64,000 bases of DNA from the human T2T-CHM13v2.0 reference genome, Homo sapiens (GCF_009914755.1 NC_060937.1), one strand, 5' to 3'; numbered from the stretch's first letter, positions 1 to 13,630 are shown. Notes: generated by a model from the letters alone, not told the origin. Program-made: numbers and translations.

Positions 1-220
1 AAGAGCTCCAGCAAAAGCCCTGTGATAAATTTCACTGGCTTGCCTTGAGCTCCATATCATCATCCTCAAATGAATTACAGTGGCCAGAGAATTTGAGCAT
101 TCTAATTGCTCAAGCCTAGTCATATACCCACACCTGGACTCAGGGGGAAGAATCGCTGAATGACAGATTGAGAAAGGGAGTGATTCCCCTGAAGGGAAAA
201 GAAGTGTAGGGATACAGAGC
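1..220. mobile_element. Old MaLR LTR fragment (MLT1J/K/L-like), cut by the window edge
   Basis: Degenerate motifs 'ccagcaaaagccc', 'cagtggccagagaattt..attctaattg..gcctagtcatatacccacacctgga' resemble MLT1J/K/L. Confidence 0.5.
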
Positions 221-344
221 AGATTTAACTAGTAGTTATGCCCCATGAAGAGAATATAGTCCATGCCAAAAAAAAAAAATTGATCTACACAAAGGCATGG
301 AACTGGGAATTGAGAAAATAGGCTGACCTTCAGTGTGGGAGGTG

Positions 345-830
345 ATACTATTTGTTGTTAGTTTTACAGATGAGGAAACTGAGGCTTAAATAAGAAAAAC
401 AATTTGCTGGTAGTCCCATAGCTTGTTTTTTTATTCTTTTAAAATTAAATTTAATTCTTTTTTTTTTGAGATGGAGTCTCGCTCTGTCGCTCTGGCTGGG
501 GTAAAATGGCACAATCTTAGCTCACTGAAACCTCTGCCTCCCAGGTTCAAGTGATTCTCCTGCCTCAGCCTCCCACATAGCTTGGATTATAGGTATGAAC
601 CACCACACCTGGCTAATTTTTGTATTTTTAGTAGAGACAGGGCTTCACCATATTGGCCAGGCTGGTCTCAAGCTCCTGACCTCAAGTGATCTGCCTGCCT
701 CGGCCTCCCGAAGTGCCTGGATTACAGGCGTGAGCCACCGGCGCCCAGCCAGTCCCATAGCTTGTAAATGGCAAATCTAGGATCCAAACTAGGTCTGTGT
801 GACTCCAAAGTCCATGATTCTAACCCATAC
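345..830 (-). mobile_element. MIR SINE split by an Alu insertion
   Basis: MIR core reverse complement 'ttttacagatgaggaaactgaggct' at ~362-386; resumes after the Alu as 'gtaaatggcaaat..aggtctgtgtgactccaaagtccatgattctaacc'. Confidence 0.85.
427..750 (-). mobile_element. AluS (Sx-like), full length
   Basis: Poly-T tail then Alu reverse complement ending 'gagccaccggcgcccagcc'; 15-bp TSD AGTCCCATAGCTTGT at 412-426 and 751-765. Confidence 0.97.
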
Positions 831-1027
831 GCAACAAGGCCTCCTAATGAACAGCTGAAGAAGGGGAATGGGAGTGGAAACCAATTTACTAGTATGCTCA
901 CTCCAGCTGCCTAAATGAGAAAGGAATAAAAAGGAAATCATGTGCTGTCTCTCTTACCCAACTTCATCCTAAAGAAAACTGAGGGAAGTTGGAGAAGAAA
1001 GGTGTACAGGGAGGTCCTACCCTAAAC

Positions 1028-1240
1028 TGAAGTTCTTCAGCCTCAGCCCCATTGACATATTAGGCCAGATAATTCCTTGTTGGAGTTGGGGAAGGATGTC
1101 CTGGGCATTGCAGGATGTTTAGCAACATCCCTGGCTTCTACCTGCTAGATGTTTGTAGCACCTTCTTCCTGTGTGACAACCAGAAGTATTTCCAGAATTC
1201 TCATATGTCTCCTGAGGAGCAAATTCTACACTCCCTAACT
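1028..1240 (-). mobile_element. MER20 (hAT-Charlie non-autonomous DNA transposon)
   Basis: 'attgacatattaggccagataattcc..gcaggatgtttagcaacatccctggcttctacctgctagatg..tgtgacaacc' matches MER20 reverse complement. Confidence 0.88.
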
Positions 1241-1699
1241 GTAAATCCTTCCTTGCCCCTACCTCCACTGGAAGAAAAACCTCCACCTTAGATAGAGGCT
1301 AAGGCCTGGCAGGCTACCCTGAGCTGTGCTGTCCTCTGCCTTAATGGAGGCCCTGCCCCACTGTGAGCTCCAGTATTTTCAGCGTGCCTACTCTCTCCCC
1401 AGAGGAGACTCAGACCACACCATCCTTCTCAATCCTGAAGACAAGCTAGATTGCATCTCTTTGCTCCTGGCCCTTGGAACTGTATGATTTCTGGGAATGT
1501 TTTTGGGTAGGAAATTCACAGTTCCTGGGGTCCTGATATTTTCTGTTTATCAATGACAAAGACCATATGAGGAGGAAAGACCACATAGACAGTAGGTCAA
1601 AAGCAAAGGCAGATTAGTCATTATTGGTTAATTCAATTGAGTTTTGCCACTTAGATTGCCTGCACTGTATTGGAGGCCACAGAGTGAGAAGGGAACAAC

Positions 1700-1790
1700 C
1701 TAATTTCACCATTTACAAGAATTGTGACCCAGGGCAACTTCCCTGAGCCTCAGTTTTCTACAACGTGAAACTGATAAGATGCCCATGCCT
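1700..1790 (+). mobile_element. MIR fragment
   Basis: 'tgtgacccagggcaacttccctgagcctcagttttc' MIR core. Confidence 0.6.
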
Positions 1791-1938
1791 CTGAAGTCAT
1801 GATTTTATGGAGCAATAGCGCTGAGCAATTACAAATTTGGCTATCATCAAAAGGCCAGATAGTCAATATTTGCTATTTTAGATATAGAGGAGCATAAGAA
1901 CTATGCTTCCAAAAGAAACAGCCTCTAAAGATGACCAC

Positions 1939-2301
1939 TGATAAGGTTTGGCTGTACCCCACCCAAAATCTCATCTTGAATTGTAACAATCCCCACGTGT
2001 AAAGGGAGGGACCAGGTGGAGATAATTGAATCACCGGGGCAGTTTACCTCATACTGTTTTAATGATAGTAAGTGAGTTCTCACGAGATCTGATGGTTTTA
2101 TAAGGGGCTTTTCCCCACCTTCGTTCCGCACTTCTTGCCGCCACCATGTGAAGGGTGTATTTGCTTCCCCTTCTGCCATAATTGTAAGTTTCCTGAGGCC
2201 TCCCCAGCCCTGCAGAACTGTGAGTCGATTAAATCTCTTTCCTTTATAAATTACCCTGGGTCACGTATTTCATCATAGCAACATGAAAACAGACTAACAC
2301 A
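1939..2301 (+). mobile_element. THE1-family (ERVL-MaLR) solo LTR
   Basis: TG...CA termini ('tgataaggtttggctgtacccc' to 'agactaacaca'); perfect 5-bp TSD ACCAC at 1934-1938 and 2302-2306. Confidence 0.95.
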
Positions 2302-3994
2302 ACCACCATCCCCCGCCAAAAAAAAATGAGGGAGAGAAGATAGAAGTAAAGCATTTAAATATGCTTCTGAAAAAAAAATCACTTCTGTAGAATATTTGTT
2401 AACCTATGTGGTTTAAATTAGATATTTTTCTGTTTAGTTTCTGATCTTTTCAAGTCCTAAAAGAGGCTAATTTTCAAGTTTTGATATTATCTCACATAAG
2501 AAAAATTAATATGGAAAGACAATCTATTACTTTTATTACTTGTATTTGGAGAACTTGGGCCTCTGAATCTCCAACTAGAGAAGGCAGAGATCTTTCAAAT
2601 TCAGATTCAGATGTAAAACAAAAGCAGGTGACTTTCTGATATAGAAAAGGGGAGAGAAAGGGGTAAAAACTTGAATGCTTTTGTTCTTATGTCTAACTGG
2701 CAACATAAATATTATTGATTTCTTCTAAAATATTTTTTAAGTGTTAATGCTCTCATAAAATTTTAAATTTTAAATCACTTTAATATCAAGTAACAGACTA
2801 AGATACTTGAGTGAAATTCACTAATCTGTTTTTGCCAAAGAGCAGACCCGCTCTTCCCATATGGACCACAGGGCTCCAGCTCTCTAGTATCCTCTGGCTA
2901 TTTTCTCACTTGGACTCCAATAATTACCCCTCTACTGGTTTAGTACAGCTTTCTTAACTCCTTGTAATTCTCAATGTCTTTGCCCTCTTTGCTTCCTCTT
3001 TTTATTCTGTTTAGACATTGTGTGTTTTGCAATTAGACTATGTTTATTTGGTATCACCAGGAAGTACTTACTAATAAGGGAATTTCAGAAACACTAACTT
3101 TAAAAAAATATACTATTGATAAAAATCTTTGCAAATTATATCATTAATTTTCATGCTTTAGTTAACAATGAATTGACCACATTTGAATTTTGCTTAAAAA
3201 GCAGTCTGGTGGAAATATAGATGATATCCTAGAAACTGAGGTTTATGGGATTAATTGAGTTTTATTAATATTTATTTCAACAAAGATTTATTGAGAAATC
3301 ATTATATTTTGTACATTCTCTTGTGTCGGCATTATATTCTTCCTGATCACCATGATATTGAAATTACACAAAATCTAATATATAAGATTAAAGGGTTATA
3401 CATTTTTCCTATTTTTTTTTAATTTTCAGAAAACAGGAGACAAAAATTACAAAAAAAATGCAGTCAAAATGCACTAAAATTTGACATATCTATACATATA
3501 TTCAAGCAAGTTTATTTTTTTTTTTTGGTTCCAGCAACTTTCACCTTTCTGTGAGATCAAACACAAATGCAAAACAGAAGAAAGTGGAAAATGTAACTGA
3601 ATCTGATAAAATAATTGTAGCAAAGACCTAGAATATCACTCTGAGATGAAAGGAGAAATACCCTGCTTTTATAAGAATAGACAACAGTTGATTAAATTTA
3701 AACACAGATGAGACTATGCTTATACTTCACATCCTTCAGTTCTATGAGGAAGTAAACAGCAGAGGTTACAGATTATGATAATAAGACTAGTGATTAGTAT
3801 GACTGCCAGGGAGGCCGAGTGGCACAAAAGCCCACTGATAGACTGCAGCAAGAATTAACTGAAGTACAACTACCAGTTCCACTGATAAAGGCTCTATTTT
3901 AACGTGAACTTTGAGAAATTGCAAAGAGCAACTGAAAAATCTTCAAAAGTTATTATAAAGCCTAATTAAAAAATAATTGGCCGTTGATCACAGA

Positions 3995-4650
3995 AATGGC
4001 AAGGGCACTGCATATACAAAAGGCTTAGTGAAAAGAGCAGTCTGTGGAACAGAAAGTAATTCCATATGATTAGGGGAACAGTATGGTTAAAAGATGAGGC
4101 TAAGAGAGATCAACAGAAGTCAGATCAAAAGGGCCTCTAAGCAATCTTACAGGTGGGTAATGAGAGCCACTAAAGGCCTAAGTAGAGGAATGACATGATC
4201 ACATTTGTGATTGAAAAGATGATGGGCAGCAGTGTGAGAGCAAAAGGGAGAGGGTGAACCTAGAGGCAGAAGACATTTAAAAAAAAACAACTCAGGCAAT
4301 GGGGGCTGATGGGTTGCATGAGAATGGAGAGAAGAGGACAGGTTGCAGAGACACTTGGGAGGCCAAAGCATGACAACCTGATGGCTGATTGGATGTTATA
4401 TTTAAATGATATTTCATAAACAATGCCTTAGTGTTTTCCTTGGGTAACCAGGTAAATGGGGGGACCATTCCCAGAGATGGGACAGCAAAAGAGCAGGTTT
4501 GGGGAAGAAAGAGATAATGAATAAAATTTGGGACACAATTAGTTAGGGAACATCCACTTGGAAATGCCCAGGAATTATACATAAGGGTTTGAAGCTCACT
4601 GGGGAAGAGATTTAGGCTGATGGTAAATATGCAAAAGCTATAGAATTGAA
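3995..4650 (-). mobile_element. L2 LINE fragment
   Basis: Purine-rich L2 reverse-complement motifs such as 'ggtaatgagagccactaaagg..gaatgacatgatcacatttgtg' and 'gatggctgattggatgt'. Confidence 0.75.
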
Positions 4651-6649
4651 AACACTTTAGTGCAGGCTACATTCCATTATACATATTTGTTTTCCTTTCT
4701 AATTTAACTCCTCTTATGAAACTGCACAGAAAGCACTTACAATTCCATCTTCTGTCCCTGAAATTCAGCTGGGTCTGCATTAACTTGAAATATTGATCAG
4801 CATATTTGATTTGCAATATCTACTTCCTATTTGGAACTTTAAAAAGCAGATAGGAATGTAAAAAATGTGTGGAACATGTGGAAATTGACATCTAAGGCTT
4901 AAATTTCACTGTAATTTAATAGTCTTTTAACTGGGAATCAGTCTGTATGGTGTTTATATTTTGTATGTTATGGAAGAGTTATTTTTAGGGACTTAAAACT
5001 TCTCAAAATTGTCTTCTTTCATTGAGAAATAGATTGCTACATCCTGTATAACTGAGGTCACAAAGAAATAATTTGATGAAATTAATAAAGAAACTTAATG
5101 TTCTCTAGGCAATTGTATGCTGCCAATGTGCTAAATCTTTGTCTGTTAACTTATTCAATTATTGTTTTATGAATCTTCTGCAAGACTATATCCAAATTGA
5201 ATGTTTTGCCAATATCAATCCCCTACTGGTGGTTCTAACAAAGAATTCTCTTTCAGGGACTGGTCTTTTTCCTTAGGGAAGTAAATACAGCCAGTGATTT
5301 ACTGATAAATCCACCCAGTATATACATCATTTCTGTCCCATATATCAATGTCATTGGCAACAGCTTGCTTTACTAAGTGATTCTGCAGTGTCTTCTCAAA
5401 GACTATTTTGTTCAGTAATCAGATCAAAGTGCCAACATGAATACTTTTTAGCATTGTATGAATTGTTTTTATCTTTAATAGCACAATTAGTTCTGAGACA
5501 CTTTTGTGAAATGATTTCCACTGCTGAAATTTTAAGTAAACCAAATTGGTCTAATTCTTTAAAAAATGTTAGTTTGTGTATCACCCGTGTGTAATTGAGC
5601 ATGGATTATTTGCTACACACTGTATTTAAAACTGAAATGTTATTCTTGTTTCCAATTAGGAGAATTTTCACATTTGCAGCTCTTCCTGGCTGACCAGTTT
5701 TTAATTTGATGTTAATTATCTAAACATTTTGGGAGACTAGACAGCCTCCTTGTTTCATGCTATTAAATGGCATTAAACATTCTCTCCAAACCTTGAAAAT
5801 GGATCGTGAAACTAATGAGTGATAGCTTTGTGAAAATTTACATGGGGGTGAACAGAAAACCATAAAGGAAAAGGGCTTCTTTGATGATGACTGACAGATA
5901 GTGACAGAGCTTTCCATCTTGGTTTTAAAAAGGAGGTTTTACTGAGTGGGTAGTTCAGTTTAATATCTTTGTAAGTTGATCCTGGAAAGGACTTCAGGAA
6001 GACAATCAGAAGGACACAGATTTTTTTTTTGAAATGAAACATTAAGACAAAGAAAAGTTTTTTAAAATGGTACTTTAAAAACACGCTATTGATTTTCTTC
6101 ATGTGTTTGTGATGCAGGCATTTTAGCATGCTCCGTTTCAAACTGGCTCTGTAGAAGTGTGTTGTGCTATGTACATAATCTTCAGTAAGAAATTCTACTT
6201 GCAGCATATTTTTCTTCAAAGGCTTTGCATTTCGCATAAAAAGCTTATTAATTATTTGTAGCTGCTTGTCATCGTGTTCTGATAATAGAAGTCTGGTCAA
6301 GGATAATAATTACCACTTCACCTTTTTGGATCATATATATCCACTATTCCTAGTGCAATATTACCCAAAGCATCTCTTCTCTCCCTGTACACAGGACCAA
6401 AAGTGCAGGCACATCATTTATTGATAAGACAAAAAGAATGTAATGAAATTATCAATGTTCTTGAATTAATTATGAACATGATTAAGAAAGCTAAAATCTC
6501 AGGAGCCAGGATCTCATTACCCATTCAGTCTTAGGGATTGCTTTCATTCAGCGAGGCAAAAAGGCTTTGAGCAGCCCCACAATTGCCTTTCTCTCATTTA
6601 TTTGTGCTAGAATTAAGGTTTATTTGTTTTCTGTTTTCTTCTTCTTCAG

Positions 6650-6806
6650 ATTGTTTCTCTGTCTTTATCCATTAACAAACTGTTTCCTCCTGTATCTCAG
6701 AAGGATGCACCTTCTAGGGCCTACCTCTCTGTCTGCAGTCTGCATACCTTCTTTTGAGTGCATTTCTCTCAACTCATTTTGCTGGAGCTCCTCAATATCT
6801 CTCAAG
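6650..6806 (+). other. Candidate internal exon (157 nt, probably non-coding)
   Basis: Long polypyrimidine tract 'ttgttttctgttttcttcttcttCAG' ending 6649; consensus donor AAG|GTAAGT at 6804-6812; no transcript evidence available. Confidence 0.35.
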
Positions 6807-8439
6807 GTAAGTCTGAGAATGTAGCCAAAAAGTTTTCAGATTTATGTCTGCAGCTATACAGCAGTTCTGTCTGAATCCCATTCAGCTAGGAGTCTTAATG
6901 ACATCATTATTACGCTGTCTGGACTGGGCTAGATTTTGCTTGGAGCCTTCACTATATTTTTACTTAACTTTCTGTGTGAACGTACAAACAATACTTGTTT
7001 AGGGTGGGGGAAATGATTCAAAACTAAGAGGGAAATACATTTTTTATTCAAATCAGGTTTCCAAGAGTAGTATAAATGATAAGCAAAAAGTAAGTCCATT
7101 TTAAATTTATATTTGGTGTACAGATATTCTGATCGCACTAGAATGCTTACCCTTTCATCCTTGATAGTATGACTGAATTGAGAAGCACAACGGCAATGTA
7201 ATACCATGTTTGGGTTTATTTCTAAAATTTCAAATGTTCCTTTTTAAAAGCCATTCTGAATTTCTGGTATCATAATGTCCAATGCAGAGGAATATTAAAT
7301 TGGTGTCTGTTAAAAGATGTCTTGGAATTGTCCTAATGGCACCTCAATGAAATGATGTTTTTTGTAAAATTAATCAATGGTAGTTTGGCAGCAAACTTTT
7401 CTGAATTGGATAATAGGTCATTTATAAACAAGGTTATTGGCAAAGCAGGTAAAATCCTGTCAGTATGCATTTAACAGGCAGATACAGAGTGATTAAAAAA
7501 ATCATACAGTTGGATGTTATTTTGGTTTAAACATATTAATAAGGGGCACATATTCTTCCATAAGCAAATTTGGTATTGCAAAGAGAAGAGAGAAGAACTA
7601 TAGCTTTAGGCCATTGAATAAATACAGTATATGTGATACTAAATCCATTGATCCTGCTTTTCTTTAAAGTGGTGATTTGATAAGATTGCTAAAACATCCA
7701 GGAATCTGAATTCATAAAATCACTGAAAATCCAAAGCATGATAGAGCAATAAGTGACAAAGTGACTTGATTATAGCACACAATACATAAAAATGATCATC
7801 TCTCTAATCTTAGGAACAACCTTGACATTTCATGATTTTTTAGAAAATGTGGTTAAAATAACACAAAGGGAGAAGGCTGTTTGACTTTTTCCACAAACCT
7901 ATAGCCTGTGGACACAATATTTAGATAATTATGTATTTTACATAATTCTTTTTTCATATTAACTAAACATCCAAGACATTGAAATATACTGCTGGAATAT
8001 GCTATGGTTTATGAACACAGTACTTTTAAATTTGGGGACACATTAGAGATTTCTGTCCTTGTATATGTTCTGCATTTTTGAATGCTATTAACTTAATAAG
8101 CAAATGGTTATTAGAGCTTACTAAAATCACAATTGCTAGGCATTGTTCTTATTAGTTCTTAAGTTAACTAAATTAATTAAGATAGGCAATTTAATTTGAA
8201 AGTGTTAAAAATGCAACGAGGCACAGAATCTTGTTTTCAGGCATCAAAGAAAAAAAGCAGTAAAGAAAATTTTCTCACTTTATGAACCGAGAATGTCAGG
8301 GAGAAAAAAGCATGTTTCTTAAGTAGAAGCTCCCTGTGCTTCATCTCATTCTGAGAAAATGGAAATACCTCTGAATTTCTTTTGATATTTCTTTCATACT
8401 TATCAAAAAGGGAAAAATGAATCATAAAATATCCTGCAT

Positions 8440-8545
8440 GCCGTTTCTACATGAAAGGAATGAACAGAAGTCCCACGCGGCTCTCTCAAGGGGAAGCCCG
8501 TTATTGTGGTTCTCTAGGTGGTCGCCGGCACTTCAGCGATTGGAC
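8440..8545. promoter_or_regulatory. Small CpG cluster with CTCF-like, RUNX and CCAAT motifs
   Basis: About 7 CpGs in ~100 bp of AT-rich context; TGTGGTT (RUNX), CTCTAGGTGGTCGC (imperfect CTCF), ATTGG. Confidence 0.35.
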
Positions 8546-9329
8546 ATGATCAGGCAAAACAGTTTGGAAGCTGAAAGACACAGACAGATAGCAGAGGCTG
8601 AGGTGAAGGAGAAGGAAGTGCATCACTAGCAGAAAAGTTGGTAAAGAGTACTTTTCCTATTAGTTTCTTAGTGTCTAAGTAGTAATATATTTCCAAACAA
8701 CAAAATACAAAAAAATCAATTATGAGTGCTATAGTGGGCTAGATGTGACTAATTAATAAGCTGTTAATAAACTTTTAAAAAGTAGCATAAGTGAAAAGTA
8801 TGTAAATGCTGATCTTAGAAAATCAAAAAGCATACTCCCATTTTACCAAGTAACTGTCAGAAGCATTGTGGTTTATGTGTTGTTGTTAATTTTTATTCTA
8901 GTAAAATGTAATGATAATTCCGTGTGTCATCACTAACTTCACAGAGTTCACAGAATTTGAAAACTAATAATTGTATATCAGTGGAGAAGACTGAATATTT
9001 ATTCCATTTTTTGAAGGTAACGTCATGTGGAAAAAAGTAGGGATAGTATTTGAAATCATGCATAGCTGGTACTAGGATTTTTTTTCTTTTTGAGTTTATC
9101 TTTGACACTTTACACTTCTGATACTGAGTGAAAAGGTGAATGTATTCAAATCTAATTGATATGGAAATAAAACTTCAACTGAGAGTCAATATAAGTAATC
9201 TTAAATATTTAATATATGAATACTGCTTCATTCATCGTTTGAATGAGTTCTGAAATTCAGAAAGTGCTGAAATCCCCTATGCACATGGAGTTATACACAT
9301 TCACAAAGACTTCTCTTTTAAAGAAGCAA

Positions 9330-9500
9330 GCCACAGTAGAAAAAGCATTAGCAGATGTTAGGAGATTTCATTTCTGTCAATTTCTACTTGTGACCTTGAA
9401 TAAGTTATTGAACCTTTCAAAGCCTCTGTTTTCTCTCGGTAAATCTAGTGGAGCAAATTGATAATATTTAAGGCTCCTTCACACACTAAAATCTATTATT
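9330..9500 (+). mobile_element. MIR/MIR3 fragment
   Basis: 'tgtgaccttgaataagttattgaacctttcaaagcctctgttttctc' core and MIR3-like tail 'tttaaggctccttc'. Confidence 0.7.
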
Positions 9501-12500
9501 TTGCATCTATATTTGTATGTGTATATATATTCATTTGACTGTATAAGTAAGCCTGAAATCTGCCTTTAGCATTTATTTATCCAAGTGTTAAGATATTAGA
9601 GAACATTTTTCCTTTAGAACATGCAACTCTAATATTGTATGCCTGTATATCGCTGGGACTTTAACATCTGAAGTCTCTGCTAGCTTAATTCCTGAAATGC
9701 AGGGCTTAATTTGCTCTTGAACATTCCTCCATTAGCATTTATGCTGATCTGTGCCTCTAAACAGTGGGACTTTCCTTCCCAGCAAATATGTCTTTAACTA
9801 AATTCCCCTAGTGTAGAAAGAGCGAGTTGTTTCATCTTCACATTCCTCACAGCAAGTTGTTGGGTCTTTGCAAATTGCTAATAGGCTCATTAAGCCCCTG
9901 CTATGTACATCTACTGAATGAACATGGAATTGATAATTGTTACTAAAACTGGATTTCAATTGTTGGTCAGTAGCCTCAATTCTACAATCTTTCAGAGCAG
10001 CAAGTTTTTAAAAAGATGCTTAGTATAGAAGATGAGAAGCAGTGTTTTGCAGTTTCTTGCACGTTAAGTTTCAGGACTGGCAGTTTGCAGAGAGAGTTTG
10101 AGGGTGCTCTGTGGCAGGGCTTAGATATGCTCTGAATGGATTAAGGAGAACTACCTGCTTGAGATTGATATAAATCAGTAATGGATCATCTCATAAAGCT
10201 GCTGTTACTAGATATTAGCCTGCTATCTCCGTCCTCTGATAGCACAGATAAGAAGTGCTTACCGCAGAGAAGGTTCCTAGAGGACAGATATTGTTTCCTG
10301 TACCTCAGGGAGTAAAAAGCCGTACTGCTGGATCAGTGACTTTTTCTAACAGCAAGTAAATTCAGGCCTTATCAAGTTACAGCACAAACTGCACTCATGT
10401 TTTATTATTCTCATTAGAGATTTAAGGACTAATTCCAGTTGTTAGCGCTTAGCAGTTTAATGTTTTCCATAGATAAGAATTAAGATTCTTCTGGGGGATT
10501 TTTTTATTTGCTAAAGCTTGCAAAATATAATGCGGTGATGCACTTACTGTGATGTAATGCGGTAGAGTTTCTAAATGTCCTGAGTGTTTTCAAGGCATAC
10601 GTTTTAAAAATTTAAATCTAATGATGGAATTTTTCTGAGTTGAACCTGCAGTCATTTCACTGAAACATGACTTTCTTTGTCTGGGATCCCAAATCAGCTC
10701 TCCCTCTGGAAAGAGTACCAAAGAGGCTGAACTTGACGCTTCCAAAGCTTGTCCTTACTGCTGTGTATTTTCTCAAAGTAAACTCACTTAATGGAGACTA
10801 GTAGGGTCTGATTCAAAAGAAAACCTTGAACAAGACCTATTCTGTAAGTAAACTGGGATTTAAATTACTTCCTTGAAGTGAAACTGACTTTCCTTTCCCA
10901 ACCAGGTGGAGAAAAGCTCTGACTGTCATGTTCATTCTGTTTCTGTTTCAAAGAGGTTACAAAGTTTGAATTTACAAGTAAAAATCCAGGCTCCTGTGAG
11001 CTTGGATACCAACATTGAATCAATGCTTTAATGACTTTCCAGTAATGGGAATCTGCTGTTGCCCCAAGTTACCCTTCCTAATGTTCTCGAAGGGGGAAAA
11101 AATCATTTATGAATACAAAAGTTTACTCTAAGTTGCAATGTGATAACATTATTACTGGAATTAAAGCTCAATGATTAATGACATATTTTTGGTCATGTTT
11201 ATTGAAATTCTTTTTGTATAGACTCTACCATGAAAAGCTTTATTTCCATCCCCCTTGTTTCCTTGGGTTTGTCTAAAGATCTTTCGTTACATGTAGTACG
11301 TGGCTGTGTGGTATTTAAGAGGTGGCTGAATTTCAATAACGTAAGTCACAGACACTATAGTCGTCAAGTTTGGGGATCAGGTCATTTAAAAGAAAATGTG
11401 GTACATATAAATAAAACTTGCTGTCATTATGAGATATGCATTGGCTAACCCACTTTGATATCCATTTTTGGAAAACCATTTTCCTAAGGTAAAACAGTTC
11501 TAGCATCAATGACAGAAGAATGGTGTACTTTGTGGCAGTTCAGGAATCCTGGGTATACTTAGCAGGTAGGAGTCATCATGTAGTAACAATAATAAGAATA
11601 GCAGTGATCATTTCTTGTGTGCTAGATGCTGTGATAGATGTTTTAAATGCCTGATTTTATATATCGATCATTTTCAAAGAAATTCTCATAGTGTCAAATT
11701 TACCTTTTTAATTTTTTTTTTAAGACAGGGGAACCTCTCCTGGCTCATGTTTCAATTATTCCTGGCTTCATAGGCTTTGTGCCTGTTTGTGCCCCAGATT
11801 GTTTTCCCTTTTTGGCCAGTAATACTCTATCTGCCTGAAAAATGTAACATGCTTGTTCCAGTTACGTTACTGGGTGCAATCCTCCCTTATACAGGAAATA
11901 AATTTATTATGAAGAACTCGCAGTAGAAGCCTTGGAAAACTTACACAGAGCTGTGCTGTGTCCAAAATGCTGTTCAGTAGGTTTTCCAAAGCACCCAGGT
12001 AACAGCTGGTGCAGGCCATGTGCCAGCTCTGACAGCCCATATGCTCTCTTTAGTGCAGTAATTATCTCAACACAAAACTCTGATAGCCTAGTCTACTGGG
12101 TCCAGTTTCCCTAGGTTAAATTGACTCAGTGGCTTTGTTAGTAAGTTCCTTTGGCACGGTAAGAACTTCATCAAGAGTTTAAGTATTGGGATAGGCTTCA
12201 AAGACCAATATGACTGCTACTTTCAAGACAGGTGGCTTATTAACCCTAAGAGATTCTAGGTGGCAGTTCATTAGGCTATCACCCCACAGCAGCAATCTAG
12301 TTAAAGTTCTGCAGTTGTTTCTACCAGATATCCAGCTTAGGGGTGGTGGTAATGCATCTATTTTGGTCACAGGCTAAGAGTAATTTTGGTATTTCAGTTC
12401 TCAGGCAGATACCAGGACTTCTGTATTTCAGTGGTACTGTTGACAGTGGAAGAGTTGGAGTGAGAAATTTTAAGAGAGAAGAGTCAAAAAAAAAAAAAGC

Positions 12501-12654
12501 TGAGCTGGGTCAAAATGTGTATAGCTGTTCTTATTTAGAGTATCACAGAGAAAACTTTTTTTAAAATGTCCCCATGGCCCCTGAGATGTTAACAATACAT
12601 CTCTGTGTACAAAATTCACTTGTTGGAGGCTTGAAGTCCGTATTCATAATCTCC

Positions 12655-12780
12655 TTTTTTCCTTCTGTCCTCCCTCCCTCCCAACTTCCCTTCCCTTCTT
12701 CTTTCTTCTTTCCTTTCTCCCCTCCTTTCCTTTTCCTATTTTGTTTCCACTTTTCTTTCTCCCTTCTTTTTTATTTTTTA
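12655..12780 (+). repeat. CT-rich polypyrimidine low-complexity tract
   Basis: Directly visible; almost no purines over ~125 bp. Confidence 0.9.
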
Positions 12781-13424
12781 CTTCTGAGAAATACAAACAT
12801 TCCAAGGACCAGCTGCAATAAAACCATAGATGCAATCCTGCAATTTTAGTACAGACAAAGCTTCTCATAAATTGAGTAGCAATAATCTTGAAAGATATTG
12901 CTGGTATGGAATCATAGAATTGAGCCATAGACGTTTGAAACTAAACAAAGGTGATAGGATATGATCACTTCAGCTTCTTTCTGTCCTCTGTTCTCATGGA
13001 ATTTAGTGGAGACCTTGAATGATGACTGTGTTTGTCCTGACATGATTTATGTCAGGCACAAGTTTAAACCTCACTTCTGGTCTGTTTATAAGATGATACT
13101 GGGCTTGTAATCTTAACGAGAGGGTTGAGTAGCTAGATCTTTTGGCCAATATCAGCCTTCCCTGTACTGAGATCATCTGCTGAGATTTATGGGAGCAACA
13201 TAAATGGCTGCTTCTCCACTGGATCTTTTGTGGGGAATAGTTTCAGATACCCCGAGAAGAGAGATGATGTTCTGTCCCATGTTAATCAGCAAGTGGTATA
13301 GAGTAATTAGATTATCTTATTACTGAACATAAAGATGGATTCAAGAAAGTGCTTTCTGCTTTGTCAGTATAGCTTTAGTTTTAGAGTTAAAATGGAATTC
13401 TGAGGTAGAGAGAAATGCAACAGA

Positions 13425-13630
13425 ACAAGTGGAATGTAAGTTCCAAGAGGAAGTGGTTATGTTTCATAATTCTATGGCATCTGATTTATTTCATCTTTCA
13501 TCCCATACAGGCTAATCTGGTTCAGGCCAAACCTTGCCAGTATTTCTCACTCCTGTCACTTTAGAGTAGTGCCTGGCATGTAGTCGATACCAGTAAATAT
13601 TTGCTGGTTGAATACATAAATGGATGGATG
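13425..13630 (+). mobile_element. L2 3' end fragment
   Basis: 'gtgcctggcatgtagtcgataccagtaaatatttgctggttgaatacataaatggatggatg' is an L2 terminus. Confidence 0.65.

Noticed and set aside
1925-2179. ORFs at 1925, 33636 and 34834 sharing a KPSDLVR-type or related peptide, as a gene family
   Set aside because: All are translations of THE1 LTR copies
5812-6300. Longest ORF (162 aa, minus strand)
   Set aside because: Non-ATG start, K/F/L-rich composition typical of AT-rich non-coding DNA, no recognisable domain or splice context
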